Below, piece after piece: positions 25,741 through 39,071 of a stretch of DNA of 64,000 nt (position 1 is the stretch's first letter; each line of letters starts with the position of its first letter). The notes beneath the pieces are model-generated. The model searched no databases, was not told the origin of the DNA, and worked only from the letters and a program-made list of their open reading frames with translations. The DNA lies in the NCBI GenBank assembly GCA_043228905.1, contig JBHGNT010000013.1, forward strand, positions 10,292,001 through 10,356,000. The letters run 5' to 3'. Source of the DNA: Azolla caroliniana (lineage: Eukaryota > Plantae > Polypodiophyta). The position numbers were made by a program, and so were the translations under genes.

Positions 25741-26112
25741 TAACAGTTGGTTGGAACTGAACCGAACCATGAAACTGCGGCTTAACGGTTTAAATGGTTT
25801 GGTTCGGTTTCAACAGTTAGAAACCGCGGTTTAACGGGTTTTTTAAAATTTTAAAAAAATTGTTTTTAAACAATCTTTTCATTTTCAGGCAATATTCTCA
25901 CATTTTAGGAAAATCTTTAGAAATTTGAAATTTTTTTTAAAAATTTTGACCTAACTTGAAAACTGAAACCAAACCACAAAACCGCGGTTTTAACAGTTTA
26001 AATTTTTTTTAATGGTTCGGTTTAACGGGTTCGGGGTTCGGTTCGGTTAGGTTCAGGTTTCAAAAAATTTAACGGTTCAGTTTCAAACCGAACTATTGCC
26101 GATTGATTGTTA
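25741..26112. mobile_element. Non-autonomous hAT-like DNA transposon (MITE, 372 bp)
   Basis: Perfect 8-bp TSD GTTTGAAC (25733-25740, 26113-26120). Imperfect TIR TAACAGTTGGTTGG / CCGATTGATTGTTA. AACCG/CGGTT subterminal repeats. Confidence 0.85.
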
Positions 26113-26369
26113 GTTTGAACTTTTTAATATTGACATTGATTGGAGAAAATAAGTAATCAATGATTTCCAACAAGAACCTAACGCAAACTTCCATGTTGCT
26201 ATCAACCGACATTCAAAGCCTTACCAAATCTCGACCATCTCTCTACAAAGGTTACAAGAAGACGAATGCAAAATGGAATTTTTGTATTTGCAGTGACGAC
26301 AACTCCACCTTCTAGTTCACAAGGCTCGGATTTCCTCCTCCCTATGAAGTACCTGGAATTCAAAGACAT

Positions 26370-26919
26370 TGTCATGATCTAGCCAACTCATAAGTAGAGG
26401 GTTGATAAAAAGGAGGTCCATCCATAGTTATAAAATATATAAACTTTATGATAAATAAATAAAAGAAGGTACATCCATTTGTAGTGAATGACAAAGCGAG
26501 ACTGGCCACAACCGGCTAGCAAACTATATGAGAAAGACAAGAAACGAAAACAACGATAAAAAAAACAAACACAAGATTTAACGTGGAAATCCCTAAATGG
26601 GAAAAACCATGAGATATTCTAGAGATATTCAATCTTGGAAATTGTATAAATACTTGTAACATCCTTGGAAATTGTATAAATACTTATAACATCCTTGGTC
26701 CCTTTCAAGGGATTCAACACTAGTCATTGACACATCAATCTAGTATTCTCGTTTCACCTCATCTTTGTCTCCTTGATCTTTACTTCTGTCTTCATGTCCT
26801 CATGTCACTCACAACATCTACAGTTCCTAGCCATGTCACATTTGGCTCCAAGTTTATCCGTCGCTCATAGCCCCATCATTTGTGCTCCGTCTTAGTCCGC
26901 ACTTGGTGTGTCTGTGACA
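26370..26919 (+). mobile_element. LTR, possibly chimeric, with a 30-bp tandem duplication of the TATA region
   Basis: TGTCA...TGACA ends; 3' half similar to the 11147 LTR; TTGGAAATTGTATAAATACTT.TAACATCC occurs twice. No TSD seen. Confidence 0.6.
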
Positions 26920-27488
26920 CTTCACTTATTGGTTCTTCTTCTTCTTCTTAGGACTATATTTTTACCTCTTCTTCGTGTATTTAGGGTTCTTTGCCTTCAT
27001 CATCATCATCTTCTTCTTCTTCTTAAGTGTACCATCATTTACCTCGACTCCTACGTTCACATCATCGTCTTCCGTTCGTGCCGACTCCGTATGTTCATGT
27101 TAACTCCTTTGTTCACTACATCACCCACGTTCATGTTACTTCCTACATTCGTGTTGTCACCACGCAAGGAGAACAAAGAAGCGGTAAAAAGAATCTTCTC
27201 ACTTGGCAAACGTCTTCTCCAATTTAGGTTCCCCGCAGTACACATGTTTTTATGTAACAACATCAGATTCAATAAAGGTAAAACTAATACTCTCTAGAGC
27301 ACCACCCCTATTATTGTCCTATCGATCTACAACGCGGGCAAGAGCCACAATGGGTAAACAAGCACTTGGCAAATGAATTCATTCGACATTCTAAAAGCGC
27401 TACTAGTTCACCCATATTCTTTGTCAAGAAGAAAGATGGGTCTCTACGACTATTCATGGACTATCGAGGTTTAAACAAAATTACGGTT

Positions 27489-27910
27489 TGTAAAAGAATA
27501 CGATTGTGGAAGCTAAGACAAAACCGTCTCTTCCGGATAGCTAAAGAATATAGACACAGGTTTAATGGAAACCTTACACGGGAGAGACAGAGAGAGCAGA
27601 ACAATAAACTCAATTACAAAATAATAACGCTCTGTGTACATACAATGTCCTACATAACACTTTTTATACAAGTTCTTAAAAGGATTGACAAGTACTTCAA
27701 TGCTCATACAAGCGATTAACACTGACTCCCAAAAATATGCCTACGTACTAGGCTAGATTCATAGGCCTCTAACGACCTACCGGTTAAAATCCGATCCGGC
27801 TCCTGGTTCCGGATACTATCTGGACACCGATCTAGTTCTTCGTTCCGGACTCCAATATGGCTCTGGCTTATTCAACCGATCCGGATCTAGTTGAGCTTGT
27901 CCGTTCAACA
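27489..27910 (-). mobile_element. Copia-type solo LTR (422 bp) inserted in Gypsy RT
   Basis: TG...CA ends with a perfect TSD CGGTT. The host frame [15 protein letters not shown] rejoins. Confidence 0.92.
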
Positions 27911-28369
27911 CGGTTCAAAACATATATACTCTACCCTTGATATCGAATTTATTGGAGTATCTTAGCAGAACCAAAATTTTCACAAAGGTAGACCTTCGAG
28001 GTATTGATAACCTTGTTCGAATACCCCTAGGAGATGAATGGAAGACAACATTCCACACTTGATATAGATATTTCGGGTACACGGTTATGCCTTTTAGTCT
28101 CATGAATGCGCCCACAGTTTTTCAACACATGACAAATGATATTTTTCGCGATTTCCTGGATACATTCGTCTTAGTATATCTTGATGAAATCTTGATATAC
28201 TCCAAGACTCAAAGAAGAGCATGACATAGACGTCCACCAAGTTCTCCAACGCTTGCGGGAATATAGGCGCTATGGCGCTATGCCAAACTTGAGAAATGTA
28301 GCTTTGATCGTAACTAGGTGGATTTTTTGAGGGTATATCTATGGATCCATACAAGGTTTAGATCATGCC

Positions 28370-31300
28370 TAAAAAGATTACAGACATGTTTGCAGAAGGA
28401 ATGAATGTAATCTCAAATGTGGAGATGTGGCATAAAAGAATCGATCACAGAAGTATGCAAACCTTGGAAAATATGTTGAGGAAAAATGCAGTGGTTGGAC
28501 TGCCTAAGTTAAAAGACTGTGAGATGAACAAAAGATGTTAAGCATGCCAATATGGAAAGCAAAACATGTTACCTTTCCCTCATGAAAGACATGTAAGCAA
28601 AAAAAATTTGGATTTGGTACATACAGATGTATGGGGACCAACAAAAAATGCATCAATTGGTGGTTGTAGGTTTTATGTAACATTTATTGATGGTTGCTCA
28701 AGGAAAACATGGGTTTACTTCATGAAAGAGAAAAGTGAAGTATTTGATTGCTTTCGTAAGTTTAAATGCATGGTAGAAAAGCAGGCTGGAACTAGAATAA
28801 AATGTTTAAGAACTGATGGATGAGAATACTTCTCAAATGAATTTTCTAATTTTCTATGCAATCAAGGAATAAGGAGACAATTCACATGTCAATATACTCC
28901 ACAACAAAATGGAGTGGCTAAGAGAAAAAATAGAACTTTGGTGAACATAGCAAGAGCCTTGATAACAAAAAAAAATATGTCATTGTATTACTGGGCAGAA
29001 GTTGTAAACACAACAAACTTTATTCTAAATAGATGTATAACATCTAGAGTACATGAAGTAACTCCTGAAAAATGTTTCTATGGAAGGAAACCTAGTTTAG
29101 GACACTTAAAAGTGTTTGGATGCCTTGCCTATGTTCATGTACCTGCTGAAGTAAAACGTAAGCTTGATCCAAAAGTTGAAAAATGTGTTCTTGTTGGATA
29201 TTCAGAGGAGCAAAAAGGGTATAGATGCTGCTATAACCCGTTCACAAAAAAGATTGTAGTGAGTCGTGATGTAATATTTGATGAGTTGGGCAGCTGGTAC
29301 ATCTCAAAAGAAAATGTAGAAACTGATGAAGACAATGAAAGTGAAGACAGGAACAAATCTGAAAATGGAAGTGATAACCATGGAAATGGAAACAATGTTG
29401 GACAACAAAGTTCAACATCAATAGAATGTACTGGACCATCTAAAAAATCTGGTAGTAAATCTGAATCAAATGCTTAAAGTGGGAGGAATGCAAGACAAAA
29501 AAAATATTATAAAAAGGGGAAAACAAAAGATGCCAGAATATGAAATGTTTGATGAAGGATCTAGAAACATGGAAGATGTAGATTCAGATACATCATTGGA
29601 TGATGAGTTGGGTATACGAGCCTTGAAAATCCCTGGTATTGAAAAGGCAATGAAAGATGCAAATCGTAAACTGAGAAGATTAGATAGAGAGAAAAAGTTT
29701 GTTGAAAGATTTGGTTATGATACATACATGGCTATGCATTATGCATATATGTCTAAAGTGGTACAGATTCTTGATCAAAATAGTTTTGATGAAGCAAAAT
29801 CTGATAATAAATGGGTGAATGTAATGCAAGAAGAAATAGATGCCTTGGCTGAAAATAAAACATGGGATTTAGTAAAGTTACCAAAAGGAAAAAATGTTGT
29901 AGGTTGCAAATGGGTCTACAAAACAAAGCATGATTCTAATGGGAATGTAAGTAGACATAAAGCAAGACTTGTGGCAAAGGGATATGCCCAAATGCAAGGA
30001 ATTGATTATGATGAAACATTTGCACCAGTTGCAAAAATGTCCACCTTGAGGACACTACTTGTTGTAAGTGCAGCCAAAGGAAAACTTGGAAGAGGAAGTA
30101 TACATGTGTCAACCACCAGGATTTGAAGATAAGAAGCATCCAGAATATGTTTGTAAGCTGAAAACGGCTCTCTATGGACTGAAACAAGCACCAAGAACAT
30201 GGCATAGGGAACTTTCAAAATCTCTGGAAAAAATTGCTTTCAAAATGTCAAAGGTTGATCCATCATTATATGTAAAAAGGATAAATCATTGCATTGTTGT
30301 GATTTTGATTTATGTAGATGATTTAATCATCGAAGGTGATTCTATGGATGAAATAAATAAGCTGAAGAAAAATCTGGAAATGCAATTTTATATGAAGGAT
30401 TTGGGAGAGGTGAGATACTTTCTTGGTATTGAGATGATTAGATATAAAAGTGGTATATATATGTTGCAAAAACAGTATGCAACAACTATGTTGAAGAAGT
30501 ATGGTATGCTTGGATGCAAACCTATTGATGTACCATTGGATAAGAACTACAAATTGAGGGCTGATTTGGGAGCCAAAATAGAATATGTAAACATGTACAG
30601 ATCTATGGTGGGCAGCCTCATATATTTGACCATAACAAGACCTAATTTGAGTTATGATGGTGGATTAGTCAGCCAGTTTATGCAATAGCCAACAAAGCCA
30701 CATTTGGACTGCATTAGAAGAATCTTGAGGTATGTAAAAGCTACTCAGAACTATGGACTGTTTTACAAGTCTGATCTGGACATAAAGCTAGAAGGATATA
30801 CAAATGTTGATTGGGTTGGAAGCCAAACTGATAGAAGATCCTCAAGTGGATATATGTTTACATTGGGAAGTGCAACTATTTCATGGAGTAGCAAGAAACA
30901 AGCTATTGTTGCATTATCAAGTATTGAAGCTGAATATAGAGGAGCTACAATAGCTACTTGTGAAGAGGTATGGATCAACATTCAGCTTGCAAAAAACCTA
31001 GTGTTCCATTCAAGAACAAAGCACATTGAAGTGAATTATCACTTTGTTAGAGAAAAAGTGATTGATGGAGAAGTGGATCTGTTGTATGTAAGCACAAATC
31101 AGCAAGTTGCTGACATTCTTACGAAGGGATTGAGTATGGAAAAAACATACACAGTTCGGGGACATGATGGGAGTTATAAGCATTGGTATGGTAGCGGAAA
31201 AGCATGAAGGAAAGAAGACTGAAGATGACCTCAAGAAAGGATAAGTTGAGCTTGAGGGGGAATGTTGAGAAACAAGCTCAACAAAAGCATGTGATGCTTA

Positions 31301-31574
31301 TTGGGCCTTTAGGTGAAACAACTATTTAGCTACTCAAAGCTATTTAGCTATTCACAACTAATTAGATAGTCACAGCTAATTAGATGCATATGTAAGTCAC
31401 TTATATACTTAGGTAAAAAAGTACGAGAGAGAGGAGGAAGTAGAAGAGTGAAAGAGAAGAAAAAACAGAAAACAAACGAGAGAGGTTTCTCTGCATGTAA
31501 TGAAATAAGCTTTTGGGTTGCTACAGAGGTAAGTCTCCTTCCCCCTTCCTTTTCTGTCTTGACCACACTAAACA
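28370..31574 (+). mobile_element. Ty1/Copia, 5'-truncated: integrase, RT, RNase H, PPT, 3' LTR from 31263 (end approximate)
   Basis: DLVHTDVWGP, TPQQNG, KARLVAKGY, LYGLKQAPR, IYVDDL, SWSSKKQ, RTKHIEV. TTGAGGGGGAA followed by TGTTGA. Confidence 0.9.
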
Positions 31575-33036
31575 ATCCAACACATCACAATCCTATGTGC
31601 ACAAAGAAGAGCCAGAGTGCCTTCGTAACATGAGCCTCGTCTCTACATCCCTCATGCCCTACAACAAACGTATCTCCAATTTCATCACGAGCACCCATTG
31701 TCGGGCCATCTGGGTTTCCACAAGGTTCTCGAAAAATTATGCCTCAAGTATTACTGGCCCAACAAGCGACACTCTGTCTCTACCTACATCAAACGACGTG
31801 CTTTGTGTCAACACATCAAACCTGCAGGCAAGCTAGCTGGAACGCTCTAACCCATCACCGTCACATCACCTTTTGCATTGGTCAGATGGGATTTCATGGG
31901 ACCTTTTCCCGAAACCTCGAGGAGCAACATGTATATCTTGGTCATAACAGAATACCTCACCAAGTGGGCTGAAACCGTTGCCATCCCCGAGGTCACTACG
32001 CCAACAATTACCTCCCAACTCTTGCAGAAGGTAATTTTTCAGCATGGTTACCCTGTCCAACTCTTATCTTATCAGGGCCGCCAGTTCCATGGCGATGTCC
32101 TTAATGTTGTCGCAACTCAACTAGGTGTCCAACAAGTGTTTACGTCCCCATACCATCTGCAAACAAATGGCCTCACCGAACACCTCAACAAGACCCTCAA
32201 GTAGGAGATTTCCGCTTATATCGATCCACAAAAGTTGGGATCAAATCTTGCCTTTTGTCACCCATGCCTACAATACAACACGGATCAACCCTTTTCGAGC
32301 ACTCTATGGGTGTGACCCCCAACTCCCACCAGAATCATCCATTGACGTCCATTCCAAACCTGCCAACATGGATAATGCCACTAGGGGGCTCTATCTCCAA
32401 CAAATTCTCCCCTCCTTCGACAAGCCAACTCCTGAAATCTGAAAGTCGCGCAACAATGTTAGAAGCGGCGCAATCTCAACGAATCCCTCATGCACCGATG
32501 GATCGGCCCGTTCACCGTAGTTCGCGCCATCAAATCCACTACTTACTTGCTTTGACGTGATTCCAACGGCCGATTCACCTCTGCCCATGTTGCCCGTATC
32601 AAGCCCTATACTACCCCAAGCTTATCTTCTCGTACCCCTCCTTTCCCCATGTCATAAAACTCCTTGTTTTTCTCAGGGGGGAAATGTGATGTCCCTTTCA
32701 TGCGAGTGCATGCCTCTTAACACACCACCCTTTTAGCACACCCTTTTAGCACACCATTGGTTTTAGCCCACCCTTTTAGCACACCCTTTTGGGACGCATG
32801 TAGTTAGTCCAGCCCAAAATGGGTACCTTTGTATCTTCTATAAAATTGAACGATAAGTAAGAAGCTAGGCAAGCTGGTTTGGTTTCCTTTTATGTGCATT
32901 TCACAATAAATTGTATTATCAACAACTTGTTCCATTTATCATCTCTCATCAAATCAGTGATGTCTCTTTCCGCCTTGATTTGCCTCCACATATGCATCTA
33001 CACTAGTATTTCGTGTGTCATTTTTGGAACCTTACA
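31575..33036 (+). mobile_element. Ty3/Gypsy integrase remnant, PPT and LTR (32685-33036)
   Basis: WDFMGPFP...EYLTKWAE...SPYHLQTNGLTE. AGGGGGGAAA followed by TGTGA...TTACA. Confidence 0.78.
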
Positions 33037-33728
33037 TTTGTAACTCCATTCCAGATTGGGTTGTTCCACCCTTACCTCTGAATCAATTTGTTGATGGCTC
33101 GGAATTTGAAGTCATAAGGTGTTTTGGACTCCAAGATAGTATGTAACAAGCTTATTATCTTGTGAATTCGTTAAGGTATACACCTAAGGATCGCACTTGG
33201 CAGCCGACGGAGAACCTTGATAATGCCTCTGAGTTGATAGCTGAATTTCATTGCCAATATCCAAATAAGTCGAGTATTAATTCATGCATTATGACTCGTG
33301 GAACTCATCTTCGAATGAAGGGGATGGTGTTATGAGTAAACAAAATCCTATGAGCTTTAGGGTGACTTGAACCCATAACCTCCTAAGAGAGAACACTTAA
33401 ACTTTAGTCATTAGGTTATTCATATTATACATAATACAAAAATAATCTACTTTATTATAACTTTGACATTGTGACCCTAATAATCCAAAGGGTGCCATGA
33501 CCCTACAATATCCCAAGCGTATCATGACCCTACAAATAAATATCCAAGGGGCACATGCTACTAGTATATAAACAAGACATATTGTATTGTTAGAACCATT
33601 CCGGTTCAACGCCAATCTTTGGTGAATATTATAGTTGTCACTCTTGTATATTTTCCTCTTATAATAAAATATAACCATTTTCTCTCTTTCTTTTTCTCTC
33701 TCCTTTCAATCAAGCTTGGGCCCTAACA
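33037..33728 (+). mobile_element. Chromovirus 3' end: chromodomain relic, PPT, LTR (33328-33728)
   Basis: VLDSKIV.NK.YYLV...DRTWQPTENLDNA parallels the chromodomain at 14640-14880. GAAGGGGATGG followed by TGTTA...TAACA. Confidence 0.8.
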
Positions 33729-33729
33729 T

Positions 33730-34140
33730 TTATGATCATTGTAAACAATGACTTAGTGGGGAGAACTGTCTAAGAGATGTCGTCGTCGTTCGAATGAGTT
33801 TATAATGGCGAGAAGCTCTTTGTCATAAAACTCTTATTGACCTTTGTGGCTTCAAATTTGCATGAATGGGAAGCAACTGGGTGTAACTTCCCATCATCTC
33901 CAATCTATAACAATACTCTTTCTAGTGCAAAATTCAAACACATTCGCTTTGATGACAAAGGGCATTTCTAGACCAACAAGAACTAGAATAGGGGCAGAAG
34001 TAAATGGTCACTTTAGGTTATCAAAGCCTAGCCTACACAATGATTACATGTGAACGACTTGTTCTTTCGTGTAAACTCTATAAGAGGCATCATGATATTT
34101 GAATAATTCTTGATCAATTTGCCAAAAAAATCGCATCCCA
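33730..34140 (-). mobile_element. Highly decayed Gypsy RNase H fragment
   Basis: Minus-strand TSAPIL...DDGKLHPVASHSCKFEA...ELLAI parallels 62358-63077. Confidence 0.6.
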
Positions 34141-34679
34141 AGAAACATTGTGTTTAAAGAATAAGTTTTACAATATTTTTATGATAAACTATAAGAGGAA
34201 AATAAATCACATTAGAGGAAAGCGAATTAGAGTCACACCTAATCACATAAAGAGAAAGCAAACTCTACCCTTAGAAAAAGGGAAATAAGAGAAAAACATC
34301 CAACTTCAATGGTCTCTAGACCCTAATTCACACCCATGGACCTTCAATTCTCCCTAGACCCAAATTTGGATGTAGATACCTTCAATTGTCCCTAAGTCCT
34401 TTGTTCATACCTAGGTGTCCCCCCTCATTTTGCCCTAGGTTCTTCTTTCAAGCCTAAGGCATTCACATTGGGCGACATTAGTTCAGCCATGGCAAAGCCC
34501 AAAATAGAGGATGGGGCATGGGAAAATAGTAGAAAAGCTAACCGGAAAAGAAGAAGAATTCGTAGAATTTGGGCAGCTATTCCTATTTTGTTGGATGCAG
34601 GTGATGATGTAAAGTGGAATTGCGTTCCACCTCGTTGGTTGTTTCCACCACCAGCGTCGTTCTTAGTGCATACAACATG

Positions 34680-35565
34680 GCAAGGATGACTGAGGATGTT
34701 GACGGTCGAAGCAAAAGTTCATGAGGGCAGTTCATTCATTTTGTTTGTTGTCGCTACAGGAATTGGTGAAAATGGCAAGAGGGTTGTTGTGGAAGCAAAT
34801 TTAGGTATTATAATTTCTAGAACGATGAATGAAGACGGCAACGGAGGCAAATATAAATTTTCATTATGGTCTGAGGAATGTATATATACAGAATTTGAGT
34901 GATGAATGGCAAGATGGTTGTAGTGGAAAATGAAGCTAATCTATTTTGAAAGGATGAGTGAAGATGGTTGCAGAGGTGGAATCAAGGTTTCATGAGAGGT
35001 TGAGGAGAGTGGCTTCATTCTGGTTTTTGTAGGTACAGGACTCGGGCGCTAAATAGCAGGATGTTTGTAGTGGAAAATGAAGCTAATTTAATTTTGGAAG
35101 GATGAGTGAAGATGGTGGTGGAGGTAGAAGCAAGATTTCATGAGGGTTTGAGGAGAGTGGATTCATTTTGGTTTTTTGTAGGTACAGGACTCGGGTGATC
35201 AATGGCAACAGGATTTTCATGCAAAATGGAGAGAGAGTTGATGTGGATGTTTTCGAAGCATTTTTAGTTATTTTCAGTTTTTAGAATGATGAGTGAAGAT
35301 GGTGGCGGAGGTAGATGCAAGGTTTTATGAGGGTGAGGAGAGTGGATTAATTCTGTTTTCTGTAGGTACAGGAAATTGTTGAAAATAGAGAGATACACGA
35401 CTCGAGCAGAGACTGGCAAGATGGAGGAATTTCAAGGAAAATGGAGAGATGGCTAATGTGGAAATATTTGAAGCACATTTTTTGTTTTTAGTTTATACAA
35501 CGATGAGCGAAGATGGTGGCGGAGGCAGAAGCAAATTTTAGTGAGGGTCTGAGGAGAGTGGATTT
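34680..35565 (+). repeat. Degenerate tandem array, about 6 units of 130-210 bp
   Basis: Recurrent GATGAGTGAAGATGG...AGCAA...GAGGAGAGTGGATT...GTAGGTACAGGA, with units starting near 34685, 34823, 34953, 35101, 35289 and 35502. Confidence 0.8.
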
Positions 35566-35588
35566 TAGTAGAGAACTAGTATTTTCAT

Positions 35589-36017
<429 letters not shown>

Positions 36018-36179
36018 CACAAACACCACTTTTCGTCCCTTATAATAATCAAAAGAGATGATTTGTCCATGGATGTGAATATCACAGTTTTCTGCATGCA
36101 TTTTGAAAGCTTGTGGGTGCATTAGATCCACAAACAAGGGCGAGGAGATACATTTCAATGCTAAGAGGAAAGAGGTTTT

Positions 36180-36525
36180 CTGAAAAAGCCAACTTGTTGG
36201 AAATGCACTAGTAGATATGATGTGAAAAGCGTTGGAAATGTGGCATGAGCAAAAGGCAGTGTTTGACAAAATTCCTATAGGTGATACATTGACATGGAAT
36301 ACATTGTTTACAGGTTATGTGCACTAGGAGCTTCAAGAGCAGACTCTTAATGCTTTTGAGCTGATGCAACAGAAGAGAATCTCTCTTCTAATTCTGTCAC
36401 ATTGCAGGATATGGCCAAGTTGGAGGAACTGAAAGTGTTGTCGCTATATTTGACCAGATGAGAAGAAATGGAGTTTTAGCAAATCCAGTTGGAAATGCTT
36501 GCAGTCATATAGCCATGGTAGATAA
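36180..36525 (+). pseudogene. Decayed PLS-class PPR fragment
   Basis: VGNALVDM, AKAVFDKIP...TWNTLFTGY, FELMQ, FDQMRRNGV...NACSH. Stops and frameshifts are present. Confidence 0.7.
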
Positions 36526-38109
36526 AAAATATATTGTGAATCCATGGTGATGAGCGTTTATTTATATGTTGATTAGCATGCGAGAATGGAAGAAGATGGA
36601 TGAACATTGGGTCTTAGCCAATGATCACATGAGATGGGAAAAAGAGTCATGTATGTGTGTCCACCGCTCTTTGTAGTCTTCTACTTTGAGTCTCTGAGTT
36701 TTTTATTGGCCTATCATGGCCACAACTTTTATGATGTTGTCAGTCTAATCATCTTCTCAGGTATGTAGAATTTATACTAATGAAGAATATTGTTTTGGAA
36801 AAAAGAAGAAGTAGAAAAGCAAAGGGAAAAGACAGAAGGGTAGCATGTGCTTCTTTTATGCTCATTGAGAAGAGAAAGAAAGGATAAGGAAGGAGTAGCT
36901 CTCAGCTACTCCATGAAAGAAAAAATGTAATACATAATTAAACTATTTCCCAAAGAACATCCAACCCTCTACAAAAAATTATAAAATTGTTGCGTACACA
37001 TTTGAATACATACAATCACATACAAACAATTGCGTATTAAACAAACATACACAATTTATATATTCAGACACGGACTACACATACACACATCTATGCTCAC
37101 ATAGATAAATAATTATACACACACTTGCACATATTAAAACAAGTGATCGCACATACATGTAAAGTACGAGTGCACATATACCATTCATTGCACACATAAT
37201 ATTACATACTTATACACACAATGAATGTGATCTCACACTAATAAAAGCACACACATAGGTGCATCCACGCAATTATTCATACACATGTATACAAGCAAGT
37301 CATTACAAATTCGTATACAATTGCATATTCCAACAAAAGAATTCACCAAGTCAAATCATGGTACAACTTGAAAAAGGTCAAAGAGATGCCATCAGATTTA
37401 ATGTTGGAAAACTGAACAAACACACCTAATGGTTTGTATTTGGCATGGGCTGGGTCAAAATGGTGATGTGGTCTTGTCAGAAAAACTGTCAATATTGTTG
37501 ATTTCATCTATGTATGTTGGCATGCCACTTGAGTACCCTCTAATCTCCAAATCTTGTGAATACACAACTACGAGATAAAATTGTTAGTCTCCTTGGAGAA
37601 ATGCAATTCTCCTTCAGTGGCGCAAAATCTCTTATTGTCCAACATTCGCTCTTAAACACAAGGGGGAGAAAGAATCAATTAGGACACTCAACCAATTACA
37701 CAAATATAGTACTATGGCTACTTAAAGAATATTTATTACATTTATTATGGCCTTCCGACTATCTACACACTAGTGAGACAGCCAACACCAAGTGTGTGTG
37801 CAATCTTCACATAATTGAGACAAGGTCTACGTGTATAATTCATTTAATATCAATATTCTTTATTGAAAACTTTGTTTTGCCAAGTGGTTATCAAGTTTGA
37901 CTTATTTTTATAGGCAAATCAATGCTCTCATATATCATAAATTATAAATCATTTATCAAACATTTTAAATCTGAAATCCTAAATTGAGTTTCACATGAAT
38001 GTTACTAACAAAGTCAAGGTTTTATAACCAAGGATTGAAATTGAAAATAATAATGTCAATTCCTCGTACAGGGTAATCGATCTTTTTTTCTTTTTGTTGA
38101 TAAAACGCC

Positions 38110-38290
38110 AAAGGATCCAAGGTTATTGTTCCGTGAATGAACACAATAAATAGTCCATTCTCGATGGGGAATCGAAACCAAAGATGATAACTTTTTATGA
38201 CACATCGAAGGATCCAAGGATAATTTTCCCATGAATGAATGCAACAACTAGTCCATTTTCGATGTTGAATCGAAAGCAAAGATAATGAGG
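38110..38290. repeat. About 98-bp diverged tandem duplication upstream of PSY
   Basis: AAGGATCCAAGG...TGAATGAA...TAGTCCATT.TCGATG..GAATCGAAA.CAAAGAT occurs twice. Confidence 0.7.
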
Positions 38291-39071
38291 GTTGTGAATG
38301 CAAACCTGTTTGATTAGGCTCGTAAATTGTCACCATCAAGTATAACCCATTTGTTACAATCAAGCTCTTTAACATGCTAGAGTGAAGGAAATCGGAACAC
38401 ACTTTGAGAGTTTATTAGATGAAAGAGTCTTCCGTCCTCGTACAAACCACGCAAAAAGGAAGATCCATATTAATTTATTTCATCTCCTTATTGGCGGCCA
38501 TTCAACACTTTCTCTATGTGCTGTTGTGCATAAAACGAGTGGAAGCAAATGGTTCTTCTATTACAACATGTACATGTTTCCCAAGCAGGAGGGCACTTAC
38601 TAGCCTAGTGTTCCTCATGTGGACTCGATGCAAAAGGGGCATTCTGGGGTCTTGGAACAAGCACGACATCTTGTTTTTTCACATTGGTACTAAAAAGTGC
38701 GAGGAGGCGTGTGGATGTGTGTGTGTCCTGGGAGGGACCCAGAGAAGAAGAAGAAGAAGAAGAAGGAAAGTGCAAAGTGCAAAGTGCAAGAGAGGTTTTC
38801 TTCAAACCAACAACACACACACAACTTAGAAGAGGAAGAGGAAGAGGAGAAGATGAGATGTGTGTGTGTGTGTGTGTGTGGATTGACATATGGGGGGGTG
38901 GAGGGGCTCAAATTAGACTAGAAAAACAGGAAGAAAAAAGAGGAGATCCTAAAACCTGAGCTGTGTGAGAAGAAGGAGAATTGGAAGAAGCAAACCACAA
39001 ACTTCTCATCCATCCATTCTTCCCATCTCTCTCTCTCTCTGTTTCTGTGTCTTTCACATCTCTGTTTCACC

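Larger units (their letters stand above)
25590..28360 (+). mobile_element. Decayed chromovirus-type pol (protease and RT) carrying several nested insertions
   Basis: RPIASG...LGLPWFEL; FIRHSKS...[14 protein letters not shown]; KVDLRG, MPF, YLDEIL. Confidence 0.8.

Noticed and set aside
34680-35565. CRISPR-like periodicity
   Set aside because: The units are long and degenerate with no unique spacers, there are no cas genes, and the context is eukaryotic.
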